NCBI GenBank assembly: GCA_036339465.1
Contig: JAYZAY010000080.1
Coordinates: 1 to 13,453, forward strand
Direction of reading: 5' to 3'
Origin: Myxococcota bacterium
GTDB taxonomy: Bacteria; Myxococcota; XYA12-FULL-58-9; JABJBS01
DNA length: 13,453 nucleotides
Every line of letters begins with the position of its first letter. The first letter of the stretch is position 1. Shown here in pieces: positions 1 to 8,243 of this stretch. A program made the translations under genes and the position numbers. The notes beneath the pieces were generated by a model that was not told where the DNA came from, searched no databases, and saw only the letters and a program-made list of their open reading frames with translations.

Positions 1-883
1 GGCTAAACCACAAGGCAATTTCCGCTGAATCCAAATTTGGAACCTTGAATTTCAAGCCAACCACGTCGGCAGATACCACTTCGAATAAAAGAGGTCTTCG
101 AGAAACCTCAAGCCCCACACCAGGTAAGCTGGCAATCACCGCTTCATGTCCGAAAACCTGGGCATTTTCGGAATGCAGAGAATTTAGTTCCACTCCATCG
201 GGAAGCTTAGCCCCCGAAACCAGTTTTTCGGTCTCCACGAAAGAAATATGAAAATCCCCGTGCTTACCTATGGCTGGGGCCGCCAGCTCCACCAATAGGT
301 GGGCAATTGGCGTCTCTGCTAAATCTTCGAAAATCGGGCGGATGCTCAATAGCCTGACCTCACCATCTAAAACCACATACCTAGAGCGCCCCTCATCAGC
401 GGCCGACTCCGAAAAGTCCTTCAACCATTGAGCGGACAAACTTCCACCCATCACGAAGGGAGATGTCGTGAAAATTGACTGGCCGTCGGCCCCAATGACA
501 GTAAGACTTTGGCATTCCGGATAATTTGCCCTGAATTTATCCCAATGAAACTCGATTTTCTGCCGAGCATCTGAAAACTGGCGAGAGGTTCCCGGCTCTA
601 GCTTTCCTCGAGTTCGCTTAAAACTTCGCCCCCCCTTTAGTACCGGTAAGACAGAGTCTAAGTCCTCGCCTAAGGAAGCAGTGAGGCCTTCCGCTTGATA
701 CGCGGACGCTGTGAAATTAGAGACGAGATGGTCTTTTGCCAACGACATTGATTTCTCCACCAATATGCGTTGGCCAGCGAAAGCGTGCTCAACATGCTTT
801 AAAACGGTGTTAACCAAGCCCACCGTAGCAATCAAAAGCACAAAAGAAATCCCAGCTGCCAATCGGGTCATTAAGCGCCACAT
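1..883 (-). CDS. Membrane-anchored sensor-type protein, partial (N-terminal TM plus probable extracytoplasmic Cache-like domain; output domain lies beyond the window edge)
   Basis: Not in the ORF track; translated by hand. ATG at 883 directly follows GAAAGGA (the second Met, codon 5, is an alternative start). There are 294 codons with no stop down to position 2: MWRLMTRLAAGISFVLLIATVGLVNTVLKHVEHAF...KFRANYPECQSLTVIGADGQSIFTTSPF...EVRLLSIRPIFED...IAHLLVELAAP...EIALWFS. It has one N-terminal hydrophobic helix, a YP..(h)..IGADG..IF segment typical of Cache-type sensor domains, and a possible second TM starting at the edge. The ORF is seen directly; the function is inference. Confidence 0.7.
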   Translation of the reverse strand, partial: MWRLMTRLAAGISFVLLIATVGLVNTVLKHVEHAFAGQRILVEKSMSLAKDHLVSNFTASAYQAEGLTASLGEDLDSVLPVLKGGRSFKRTRGKLEPGTSRQFSDARQKIEFHWDKFRANYPECQSLTVIGADGQSIFTTSPFVMGGSLSAQWLKDFSESAADEGRSRYVVLDGEVRLLSIRPIFEDLAETPIAHLLVELAAPAIGKHGDFHISFVETEKLVSGAKLPDGVELNSLHSENAQVFGHEAVIASLPGVGLEVSRRPLLFEVVSADVVGLKFKVPNLDSAEIALWFS

Positions 884-1568
884 TCCTTTCGTGGACTAGC
901 AGCTTATTGAAGTGCTGAGCCCTCAACCGACGAAACAAAGTTACGCTCATAGTGTACAGGGACCCAGCACCCAAAATCAAAAACCCGCCACCAAATAATA
1001 GCGACCAAAACATCGGCCCAAAAAAAACACGCCAAAATCTCGAAGTAAGCACGGTGCTGCTTTTCTGAGAAAAGGTTGAGTCTCCTCGCCGACGGCAACC
1101 TAAAAACAGCAAGCACCTTTCCTGTATTACCCCTTCAGGGTGCGAATAAATTGGGTTCGGTATCCTAAAATAGCTCAATACATTCGCCCCACCCTATCCC
1201 GGCCGAACCATTCAAATGGAAAAAACAGCCGCGCACAAAACGAGACCACCACCCTTTCGAGAGAAACCAACCAGACCATTGGTGACCGCAGCCAAGAGAA
1301 ATCACACAGGTAAAACCCTTGGCCTCGATGCGCAGCCCCAAAACACGCAAGACCCAATCGGTGCCTTGAAGCGATGAGCCAAATGTTTTCAGGTGAAATT
1401 GCAACACTTAGTAGAGCGGTGTCTTTTCCGGAGATTGGCGGGGCCAGCTATTTTTCCCATTGGGCCCAATGACACACGCCGGAAATGGTCGGTGGTTCCA
1501 AGCCCAAATAAACAGGTCTCAATAAAGAACGTCCACTATTTCTGTGTGCGTGTGGGATGTGTTTTACT

Positions 1569-2174
1569 CTAGGAATTGTGGATTTTAAGGATTCTGGCCA
1601 GGTCGACAATTGCCCCGACTCCTCTGGATTCCAATCTGGATTTTAAGCAAACCACATATCCTTTGGTGGCGATCTTTGCATCTCGGATCGTGAGTGGGGG
1701 GGAGTCTTGAATCCTCGCCGATCTCGCTCATGGCGATCACACTCATGGCAATCACACTGATGCCAAGTTCCGAAGCAACTCCTTCTTCACACCTGTAGAC
1801 CTTCGCGGCTGCCGATTTCCAGGACCGCCTTAGAATATCGTTTTTGGTAGGGCTCAATAATGGGCATGAGATGGTAGGGCCCCGTCGGCAGCTATTATCA
1901 GCGGCCCACTGGGTTCAAGCTTGGGCAGCACCCGGGAACAATTCCACCTCCTTCTCATTTCCGCCAGCCTTGTGGTGACGTTTAAGAGATCCAGTGCCAT
2001 AAAATATCGGTTTTACACCTTTACCGGTCCCGTAGAATAGTTCGACACCCTAAATCCGCTCAAATATTCGGACTTGGACCGTAACCGTGGGTTGGGTAAT
2101 ATGGAGCCTGTTGGCTGCTTCGTTAAAGCTGCATTTCTAAGCCACTGCGTCGAATGCGCGAAGTTTTGTTTCAT
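1569..2174 (-). pseudogene. Degraded LysR-family regulator (AEP-catabolism-associated LysR type)
   Basis: Hand translation gives a LysR HTH with two in-frame TAG stops (2137-2139, 2050-2052): KLRAFDAVA*KCSFNEAANRLHITQPTVTVQVRIFERI*GVELFYGTGKGVK. Frameshifted pieces follow: GPLIIAADG/PYHLMPII, EEGVASELGISVIAMSVIAMSEIGEDSRL, and a C-terminus PLTIRDAKIATKGYVVCLKSRLESRGVGAIVDLARILKIHNS* (TAG 1569-1571). At 606 bp against roughly 900 bp for a normal LysR gene, the middle of the effector-binding domain is deleted. It lies divergent from phnW, as is typical. Confidence 0.88.
1727..1756. repeat. 15-bp tandem duplication inside the LysR pseudogene
   Basis: CTCATGGCGATCACA (1727-1741) followed by CTCATGGCAATCACA (1742-1756), one mismatch; gives SVIAM-SVIAM in translation. 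Confidence 0.9.
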
Positions 2175-2199
2175 TTATAGCTATTTTTTCTGGACGCCA

Positions 2200-2217
2200 T
2201 CAAATTAAGTAATTTGA
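2200..2217. promoter_or_regulatory. Palindromic candidate operator between the LysR pseudogene and phnW
   Basis: TCAAATTA-AG-TAATTTGA, a perfect 8-2-8 inverted repeat in the divergent intergenic region. The function is inferred. Confidence 0.4.
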
Positions 2218-2329
2218 ATTAGACTGGATACGATGATTAGACGGTGACTGCGCGTGTTTGAGCGGGTCGGGGATCAACATAGACCGGCAAAAACAACGAT
2301 AACGCCACTGCGCCAATAAGGGAGGAGCC

Positions 2330-3460
2330 ATGAACCGAACTGGTAATATCGAGTATCTACTAACCCCTGGACCGCTTACGACGAGCTTATCAGTTAAACA
2401 TGCGATGCTCCGCGATTGGGGGTCACGGGATCAGGCGTTTATCGCTATCACAACCAACATTCGCGAGCGTTTGGTCGAAATGGTCGGAGGTGAAGACACC
2501 CATGTTTGTGTTCCCGTCCAGGGAAGTGGGACATTTGCCGTGGAGGCGACTTTTGGAACTCTAGTCCCTAAGGACGGCAAAGTTTTGGTTCTGGTTAATG
2601 GTGCCTATGGCCGTAGGATCGGCCAAATCCTAAGTCGATTGGGACGTGCGTATCTGAGCCACGAAACTTATGAAAACGTGCCATGCTGTGTCCAAAAGTT
2701 GGATGATAAATTGAAAGAGGAACCGTCAATCACCCACGTAGCCATTGTCCATTGTGAGACTACTTCCGGTCTTCTGAATCCTGTTGAAGAGGTGGCTCGG
2801 GTGGTGGCAAAGTACGATCGGCGCTTGATCGTGGATTCCATGAGTGCTTTTGGTGCGATACCGATCAATGTTAATTGTTGCCCATTCGATGCTTTGATGG
2901 CTTCTAGCAACAAGTGCCTTGAGGGGGTCCCCGGCATGGCGTATGCGATTATTCGAAAAGAGAGTCTACAAGAGGCCGAGGGAAATTCGCACTCGTTGAG
3001 CCTAGACCTATATGAGCAATGGAGGGGGTTTCTTAAAAACGGACAATGGAGATTTACGCCACCAACTCATGTGCTGGCGTCTTTCGAACAGGCTCTGTTA
3101 GAGCATGAGGAGGAAGGTGGGGTTAAAGGTAGGGGGGCTAGATACCAAAAAAACTGTGACATCCTGATGCAGGGGATGGTTGAAATGGGTTTCAAGCCGT
3201 TTTTACCTCCTGAATTACAGGCGCCGATTATCCTGACTTTCTATTCGCCGGCGGATCCAAATTTCGATTTTGAGACATTTTATAAGGATTTAGCCGGAAG
3301 GGGCTATCTTATCTATCCTGGAAAACTTACTCAGAAAGCGAGTTTTAGGATTGGCTGTATTGGGCAGGTCCATCCCGCACAGATGCGTGAAGCTTTGTCT
3401 GCAATTTCAGAAACAATCAACCGAATGGGCGTCAAAAATTGCGCTCCCGACCTAAACTAA
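2330..3460 (+). CDS. phnW: 2-aminoethylphosphonate--pyruvate transaminase
   Basis: 376 aa class V PLP aminotransferase with PhnW signatures LLTPGPLTT, MLRDWGS, QGSGTFAVE, NGAYG, HCETTSG, DSMSAFG, SSNKCLEGVPG (PLP lysine), QWRFTPPTH and IYPGKL...FRIGCIG. Strong RBS AAGGGAGGAG upstream; adjacent to phnA and phnY. Confidence 0.97.
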   Translation: MNRTGNIEYLLTPGPLTTSLSVKHAMLRDWGSRDQAFIAITTNIRERLVEMVGGEDTHVCVPVQGSGTFAVEATFGTLVPKDGKVLVLVNGAYGRRIGQILSRLGRAYLSHETYENVPCCVQKLDDKLKEEPSITHVAIVHCETTSGLLNPVEEVARVVAKYDRRLIVDSMSAFGAIPINVNCCPFDALMASSNKCLEGVPGMAYAIIRKESLQEAEGNSHSLSLDLYEQWRGFLKNGQWRFTPPTHVLASFEQALLEHEEEGGVKGRGARYQKNCDILMQGMVEMGFKPFLPPELQAPIILTFYSPADPNFDFETFYKDLAGRGYLIYPGKLTQKASFRIGCIGQVHPAQMREALSAISETINRMGVKNCAPDLN

Positions 3461-3472
3461 AGTGAGGACCAG

Positions 3473-4711
3473 ATGACTTATGAAAATAGAACAGTTGAAG
3501 TGAATGGGAAAATCTACGCATGGCCCAAAGAACCGGTTGTGGTTGTTTGCGTGGATGGTTCGGAGCCTGCTTATATGGAAAAAGCCATCAAAGATGGTTG
3601 TATGCCCTACATGGACGGGGTTTTTAAAAAGGGAATGTACAAGATCGCAAAAAGTGTGGTTCCAAGTTTCACCAATCCCAATAACCTTTCAATTGTAACC
3701 GGCGCTCCACCTTCGGTTCACGGGATTTGCGGGAATTTCTTCTATGATGCTCAGATGAATACTGAGGTTATGATGAATGATCCCAAGTATTTGAGAGCCG
3801 ATACGATTTTGGCATCTTTTGGTAGAGAAGGTGCCAAAGTAGCGGTCGTAACCGCCAAGGATAAATTACGCGGCCTTTTGGGGTACAAGCTTGAAAATGG
3901 TATTTGTTTTTCGGCGGAGAAAGCAGACCAAACCACCGAGCAAGAACACGGAATTGCCGATGGACTTGATTTTGTAGGGATGGATTTACCCTCAGTTTAT
4001 AGTGCAGAGTTAAGTGAATTTGTCTTTGCGGCCGGTGTGAAGATCATGAGTACCATTCGCCCAGACATCATGTATCTTTCAACTACAGATTATATCCAGC
4101 ATAAACATGCACCCGGCACTGAAGTCGCCAATGCATTTTATGGGATGATGGATGGTTATTTGAAACAATTGGATGACGCGGGGGCAACCATTGTTGTGAC
4201 TGCCGATCACGGTATGAAACCTAAGACCGATGGTGCAGGGAAACCGCAAATCGTTTTTCTCCAAGAACATATGGACACGTGGTATGGAGACGGTGTCACC
4301 CGTGTTATTTTACCGATTACGGATCCTTATGTGGTTCATCACGGAGCATTGGGGGCGTTTGCAACGATTCATCTGCCGGAAGGTATTGATGCCACTGATG
4401 TGTGCCAAAAACTTCGAGGTGTGGAAGGGGTTACCATGGCGATGGCCAAAAAGGCAGGTTGTCTCGAATTTGAACTTCCCGAAGACCGGATGGGCGATAT
4501 TATCGTGGTTTCTGGTGAAAACACGGTGCTAGGAACATCGACTGGACGACATGATTTATCGGAACTCAAGGTACCGCTACGGTCTCACGGTGGTGTCACC
4601 GAGCAGAGGGTTCCTCTCATTTGTAATCGTAGAGTCACAAAACTACCGGACGGTTATGTGCTAAGAAATTTTAGTTCATTTGATGTGGCTCTTAACTACG
4701 CTCAAGCTTAA
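3473..4711 (+). CDS. phnA: Phosphonoacetate hydrolase (alkaline phosphatase superfamily)
   Basis: 412 aa with motifs VVVCVDG, PSFTNPNNLSIVTG (Thr nucleophile), HGICGN, YLSTTDYIQHK, TADHGMKPK, ILPITDPYVVHHGALG and LRSHGG. Starts 12 bp after phnW with a GAGGA RBS. Confidence 0.96.
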   Translation: MTYENRTVEVNGKIYAWPKEPVVVVCVDGSEPAYMEKAIKDGCMPYMDGVFKKGMYKIAKSVVPSFTNPNNLSIVTGAPPSVHGICGNFFYDAQMNTEVMMNDPKYLRADTILASFGREGAKVAVVTAKDKLRGLLGYKLENGICFSAEKADQTTEQEHGIADGLDFVGMDLPSVYSAELSEFVFAAGVKIMSTIRPDIMYLSTTDYIQHKHAPGTEVANAFYGMMDGYLKQLDDAGATIVVTADHGMKPKTDGAGKPQIVFLQEHMDTWYGDGVTRVILPITDPYVVHHGALGAFATIHLPEGIDATDVCQKLRGVEGVTMAMAKKAGCLEFELPEDRMGDIIVVSGENTVLGTSTGRHDLSELKVPLRSHGGVTEQRVPLICNRRVTKLPDGYVLRNFSSFDVALNYAQA

Positions 4712-4726
4712 TCTAGGAAATTTAGA

Positions 4727-6157
4727 ATGTCGGTGCGCAACGAAACCATGAGAATCGCCGGTGAAAATGTGGACAACAACCGTTTTATCGAAGTTTTTAA
4801 TCCCTATACCGAAGAATTGGTGGGCACGGTGCCCAAGGCGACGGTTGAAAATATTAAGGTTGCTTTTCAAAAAGCTAAGGAATTCAAATCCGACCTATCA
4901 CGCCACCATAGAGCTGAAATTCTCACTCGTGCAGCGGACCTTTTGGTGGAGCGTAGGGACGAAATTTCGGACCTGATTACAGCGGAAGCCGGACTTTGTA
5001 AGAAAGACACTCTTTATGAAGTGGGTCGTGCGTATGATGTATTTAAATTGAGTGCCAAGTTGGTGATTCAAGACGACGGCCAGATTTTTTCCTGCGACAT
5101 CAGTCCCCATGGTAAGAAACGAAAAATATACACGATGAGGCAACCTCTCTTAGGTGTGATCAGTGCCATTACTCCTTTCAATCACCCGCTCAATCAGGTC
5201 GCCCATAAGGTTGCTCCCTCAATCGCCACCAACAATAGGATGGTGTTAAAACCTTCCGAGAAAACGCCGCTCACAGCACTCCTCTTGGCCGATGTTCTCT
5301 ACCAAGCTGGCCTACCGCCGGCAATGTTTTCGGTGGTCACCGGTGATCCGAAAGAAATAGGTGATGAGCTCCTCAAAAACGCGCACGCCGATTTGGTTAC
5401 TTTTACGGGTGGGGTGTCTATTGGTCATCACATCGCTGAAAATATAGGTTACCGGCGCATTGTTTTGGAGTTGGGAGGGAACGCCGCTCTCGTCGTGATG
5501 GAGGATGCGGACATTGACAAGGCGAGTACCTTAGCGGTGGCGGGCTCTTACAAAAATTCGGGGCAGCGGTGCACAGCGGTGAAACGAATACTTGTACATG
5601 AATCGTTGGCGGATGACTTTGCGAAGGCTTTGGTGGAGAAATCGAGGTTGGTTCAATATGGCGACCCTATGAATCCCGAAACACAAATGGGGACAGTGAT
5701 TGATGAAGAGTCGGCGAAATATTGCGAAGACACTGTAAACGATGCTGTGGCCCAGGGGGCTACGGTATTATTAGGGCATGAGCGTCAAGGGGCTCTCTAC
5801 TCACCTACGGTGGTTGACCATGTACCCACAGATGCAAAACTGGTCTTGAAGGAAACATTTGGCCCAGTGGCACCGATAATTAGGTTTAAAGACATTGACG
5901 AGGCTATCCACATTATTAACGGAACCGAATTCGGTCTGTCTTCCGGCATATGCACCAACCGATTGGACTACATCACTCGCTTTATCGATGAATTGGAAGT
6001 TGGGACGGTGAATGTTTGGGAAGTTCCAGGTTACCGAATTGAGATGTCTCCTTTTGGCGGGATCAAGAATTCTGGATTGGGGTATAAAGAAGGTGTCTTA
6101 GAAGCAATGAAGAGTTTCACCAATGTGAAAACCTACTCCTTGCCGTGGCCATCGTGA
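4727..6157 (+). CDS. phnY: Phosphonoacetaldehyde dehydrogenase (NAD-dependent ALDH)
   Basis: 476 aa ALDH with ITPFNHPLNQVAHK, KPSEKTP, FTGG, LELGGN, KNSGQRCTA (catalytic Cys), ETFGP and a PhnY-like C-terminus VWEVPGYRIEMSPFGGIKNSGLGYKEG. Starts 15 bp after phnA and completes the PhnWAY pathway. Confidence 0.94.
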   Translation: MSVRNETMRIAGENVDNNRFIEVFNPYTEELVGTVPKATVENIKVAFQKAKEFKSDLSRHHRAEILTRAADLLVERRDEISDLITAEAGLCKKDTLYEVGRAYDVFKLSAKLVIQDDGQIFSCDISPHGKKRKIYTMRQPLLGVISAITPFNHPLNQVAHKVAPSIATNNRMVLKPSEKTPLTALLLADVLYQAGLPPAMFSVVTGDPKEIGDELLKNAHADLVTFTGGVSIGHHIAENIGYRRIVLELGGNAALVVMEDADIDKASTLAVAGSYKNSGQRCTAVKRILVHESLADDFAKALVEKSRLVQYGDPMNPETQMGTVIDEESAKYCEDTVNDAVAQGATVLLGHERQGALYSPTVVDHVPTDAKLVLKETFGPVAPIIRFKDIDEAIHIINGTEFGLSSGICTNRLDYITRFIDELEVGTVNVWEVPGYRIEMSPFGGIKNSGLGYKEGVLEAMKSFTNVKTYSLPWPS

Positions 6158-6613
6158 AATGGGGATCCACGGTGATTAGGAGTTGGTATTGTAGGATTGA
6201 CCGATGCCGCAGTGTCCCGGACGTAAGGTCATCGTTTTCTGATGGAGTCCTCAGGTAACGGTGGCTTTGGTTAGAAACTTCGGTTGAATATCCCTTTGGG
6301 ACAGTGGTCGAATGATGTTTTGTGCGAAACTCCACCCACAAAAGTTCGACGAGATGCAACGCAAAGAGTCCACCCACTCTCCCCTGCCCCTCTCCGAACG
6401 CTCACCGAGACCTCCCACATTTCTGCTTCTATCGCGATTGGCGTTGGACGAGGCATTACCTGCGGGGATGATTTTCCCGTAGAGGAAAGCTTCGGAGAAG
6501 GTGTGGAGGGCGCAGATCAATCCGTTAAGGCCAGTAAATCCGATGATGGTGTTTTTGGGATTTACATGAAATCTGATCGACTATGCCCCTAGAGCGAGAG
6601 AAAAAGAACAGGA

Positions 6614-7741
6614 TTAAAATTCCTGTCGCAGGTCTTCGCTTCCAGCGGTAACCCCCCAGTTTTCTGGGCATGAACAACCTGGTGATTCTGGTCGGCCTGT
6701 AGCTGGTGTAAGATTCTCCCAATATTCTTGGTTTGCCCTTTTTCGTACCCATGGTTTGGTATGCATAATTAAGTCTGCTCCCCAGGGGCTATGCTTTTCA
6801 CTTCCGACAGGAAGGCGCCCGTGTTCTTCAGAGAGTTCTTCAGCAATCGCGCGAATATGGTATGGTTCAGTACCACAGCACCCACCGATGTAGCGGACAC
6901 CCATCTCCCAGGCTTGCCGAGCAAACTTCTGCATTTCCCAGCGTGTACAAACCCTTGGCTCTAAAGAAAAAGGAAATTCAGGTAGATCAATAAATCCCTG
7001 TTTTTGTGCGTCTGGTGTTAAATACCCCAATGGTTGAACCATGAGATACGGAGTTAATCCTGCTGCATCCAAGGCCCCTTTCATTGCTTCAATGGTTTTT
7101 AAACTCACAAAGGGGTCAAAATGACAATTCACGCCCACTATATCGGCCCCAGCTTTTGCCATGCGCACGGCGCATTCCCCAGCATCCACACCATGAAGAT
7201 CACCATCAGCATTAATGCACATATTGGCAGCCACAGGGACATTCATTTCCTTAAGAACTTCAATTGCCCACTCTATCTCTTCGACGTGTTCAAAGTATTC
7301 AGCAATCATAAAATCTACATTATTCGCCTTAAACACTTCCGTTTGTTTTCGGAATTCCTCTTGAACTTTGGCTTTTCCTAGACCGCTGAGATAGGTGGGG
7401 GTCTGGCAGACACCACCAGCGATGAGTCCATTGCCTTCATTGGCAACTTCTCGGGCCAGCTTGCAGGCGGCTTCATTAATATCTCTCACGCCATACTTTT
7501 TAGCAGCTTCATTGCCTCGGTTTTGGAGCTTGTCTTCGCTGGCATAAAAAGTAAAGGTTTGCATCACGTCTGAACCTGCCCGTAGGAATTCCCGGTGTAA
7601 TTGCCGTACGGCTTCCGGATGCTCAACGGTTGCCTCGGGAGTCCATGGTCCCCCTCTTACATAGCCTCTTTTCTCCAGAGAAAAAACAAATCCGCCATCC
7701 CCGATAACTAGACCCTTTTCTAACCGTTCTAAAATGTTCAT
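6614..7741 (-). CDS. bhmT: Betaine--homocysteine S-methyltransferase (animal-type sequence)
   Basis: 375 aa with [44 protein letters not shown] and YIGGCCG (three Zn-binding Cys), [10 protein letters not shown] and [16 protein letters not shown] upstream of ATG 7741. Confidence 0.93.
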   Translation of the reverse strand: MNILERLEKGLVIGDGGFVFSLEKRGYVRGGPWTPEATVEHPEAVRQLHREFLRAGSDVMQTFTFYASEDKLQNRGNEAAKKYGVRDINEAACKLAREVANEGNGLIAGGVCQTPTYLSGLGKAKVQEEFRKQTEVFKANNVDFMIAEYFEHVEEIEWAIEVLKEMNVPVAANMCINADGDLHGVDAGECAVRMAKAGADIVGVNCHFDPFVSLKTIEAMKGALDAAGLTPYLMVQPLGYLTPDAQKQGFIDLPEFPFSLEPRVCTRWEMQKFARQAWEMGVRYIGGCCGTEPYHIRAIAEELSEEHGRLPVGSEKHSPWGADLIMHTKPWVRKRANQEYWENLTPATGRPESPGCSCPENWGVTAGSEDLRQEF

Positions 7742-8005
7742 TATGATTCCTTAATGTTGGTAATTGGTAGGCAGGAAGTAATCCTTATTTTCAGACATCA
7801 AATAATTCCCCCCGAATATATTATGCAAAAAGCAGATTAGAATGGAATAGATTTCTCTAGATGTTTGGCAAAATATTCCACACTTCGATTTTCGTAAAAT
7901 AGTGTAGTTCACCCATGCTTGGTAAAAGCGGAGGATAGGATTTTTGGTTGGGGATGTATTTGGTAAAAGAGTAAAGCACTACCGTCTTGTGTACATTTCA
8001 GGCCT

Positions 8006-8023
8006 AAGGGTAGGTCTACCCTT
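8006..8023. promoter_or_regulatory. Palindrome upstream of bhmT (candidate regulator site)
   Basis: AAGGGTAG-GT-CTACCCTT, a perfect 8-2-8 inverted repeat about 265 bp upstream of the bhmT start. Confidence 0.3.
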
Positions 8024-8151
8024 TCGCGGTGATGATTTTGTTTTCGTTTTGGAACTTCACGGTTGTTCAAAAAAAATAAAGTAAAAGTAGATCAATCAAG
8101 AGTACGATTGTATCACCTAGCCTGCCTGGAGGGGCTAGATCCGCCGAACCT

Positions 8152-8174
8152 TCTGATTTATTAAATAAATCAGA
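8152..8174. repeat. 23-bp AT-rich perfect inverted repeat
   Basis: TCTGATTTATT-A-AATAAATCAGA (11-1-11), about 70 bp downstream of the stop codon of the large ORF. Confidence 0.8.
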
Positions 8175-8243
8175 TAATATCACCTACCATCTTGGACCAG
8201 AAAACGGCATTAAGATAAGCCACCATTCGGCCTAAGAACCACC

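Noticed and set aside
810..1178. 122-aa ORF as a confident gene
   Set aside because: It has a TTG start, overlaps the start of the better-supported <1..883 ORF by 74 bp, and has no recognisable family.
1585..1857. 90-aa ORF as an independent gene
   Set aside because: It is one frameshifted fragment of the LysR pseudogene.
2668..5143. Short alternative-frame and antisense ORFs inside phnWAY
   Set aside because: They are shadow ORFs of well-supported genes and carry no motifs.
6117..6752. Several overlapping 60-100 aa ORFs between phnY and bhmT
   Set aside because: They overlap each other on both strands, lack a clear RBS and match no recognisable family, so none can be supported as a gene.
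8095..8153. SAM-I riboswitch-like words (ATCAAGAG...GGAGGG)
   Set aside because: They are on the strand opposite to bhmT, the spacing is wrong, and the downstream GCAACC/GTGC core is missing.
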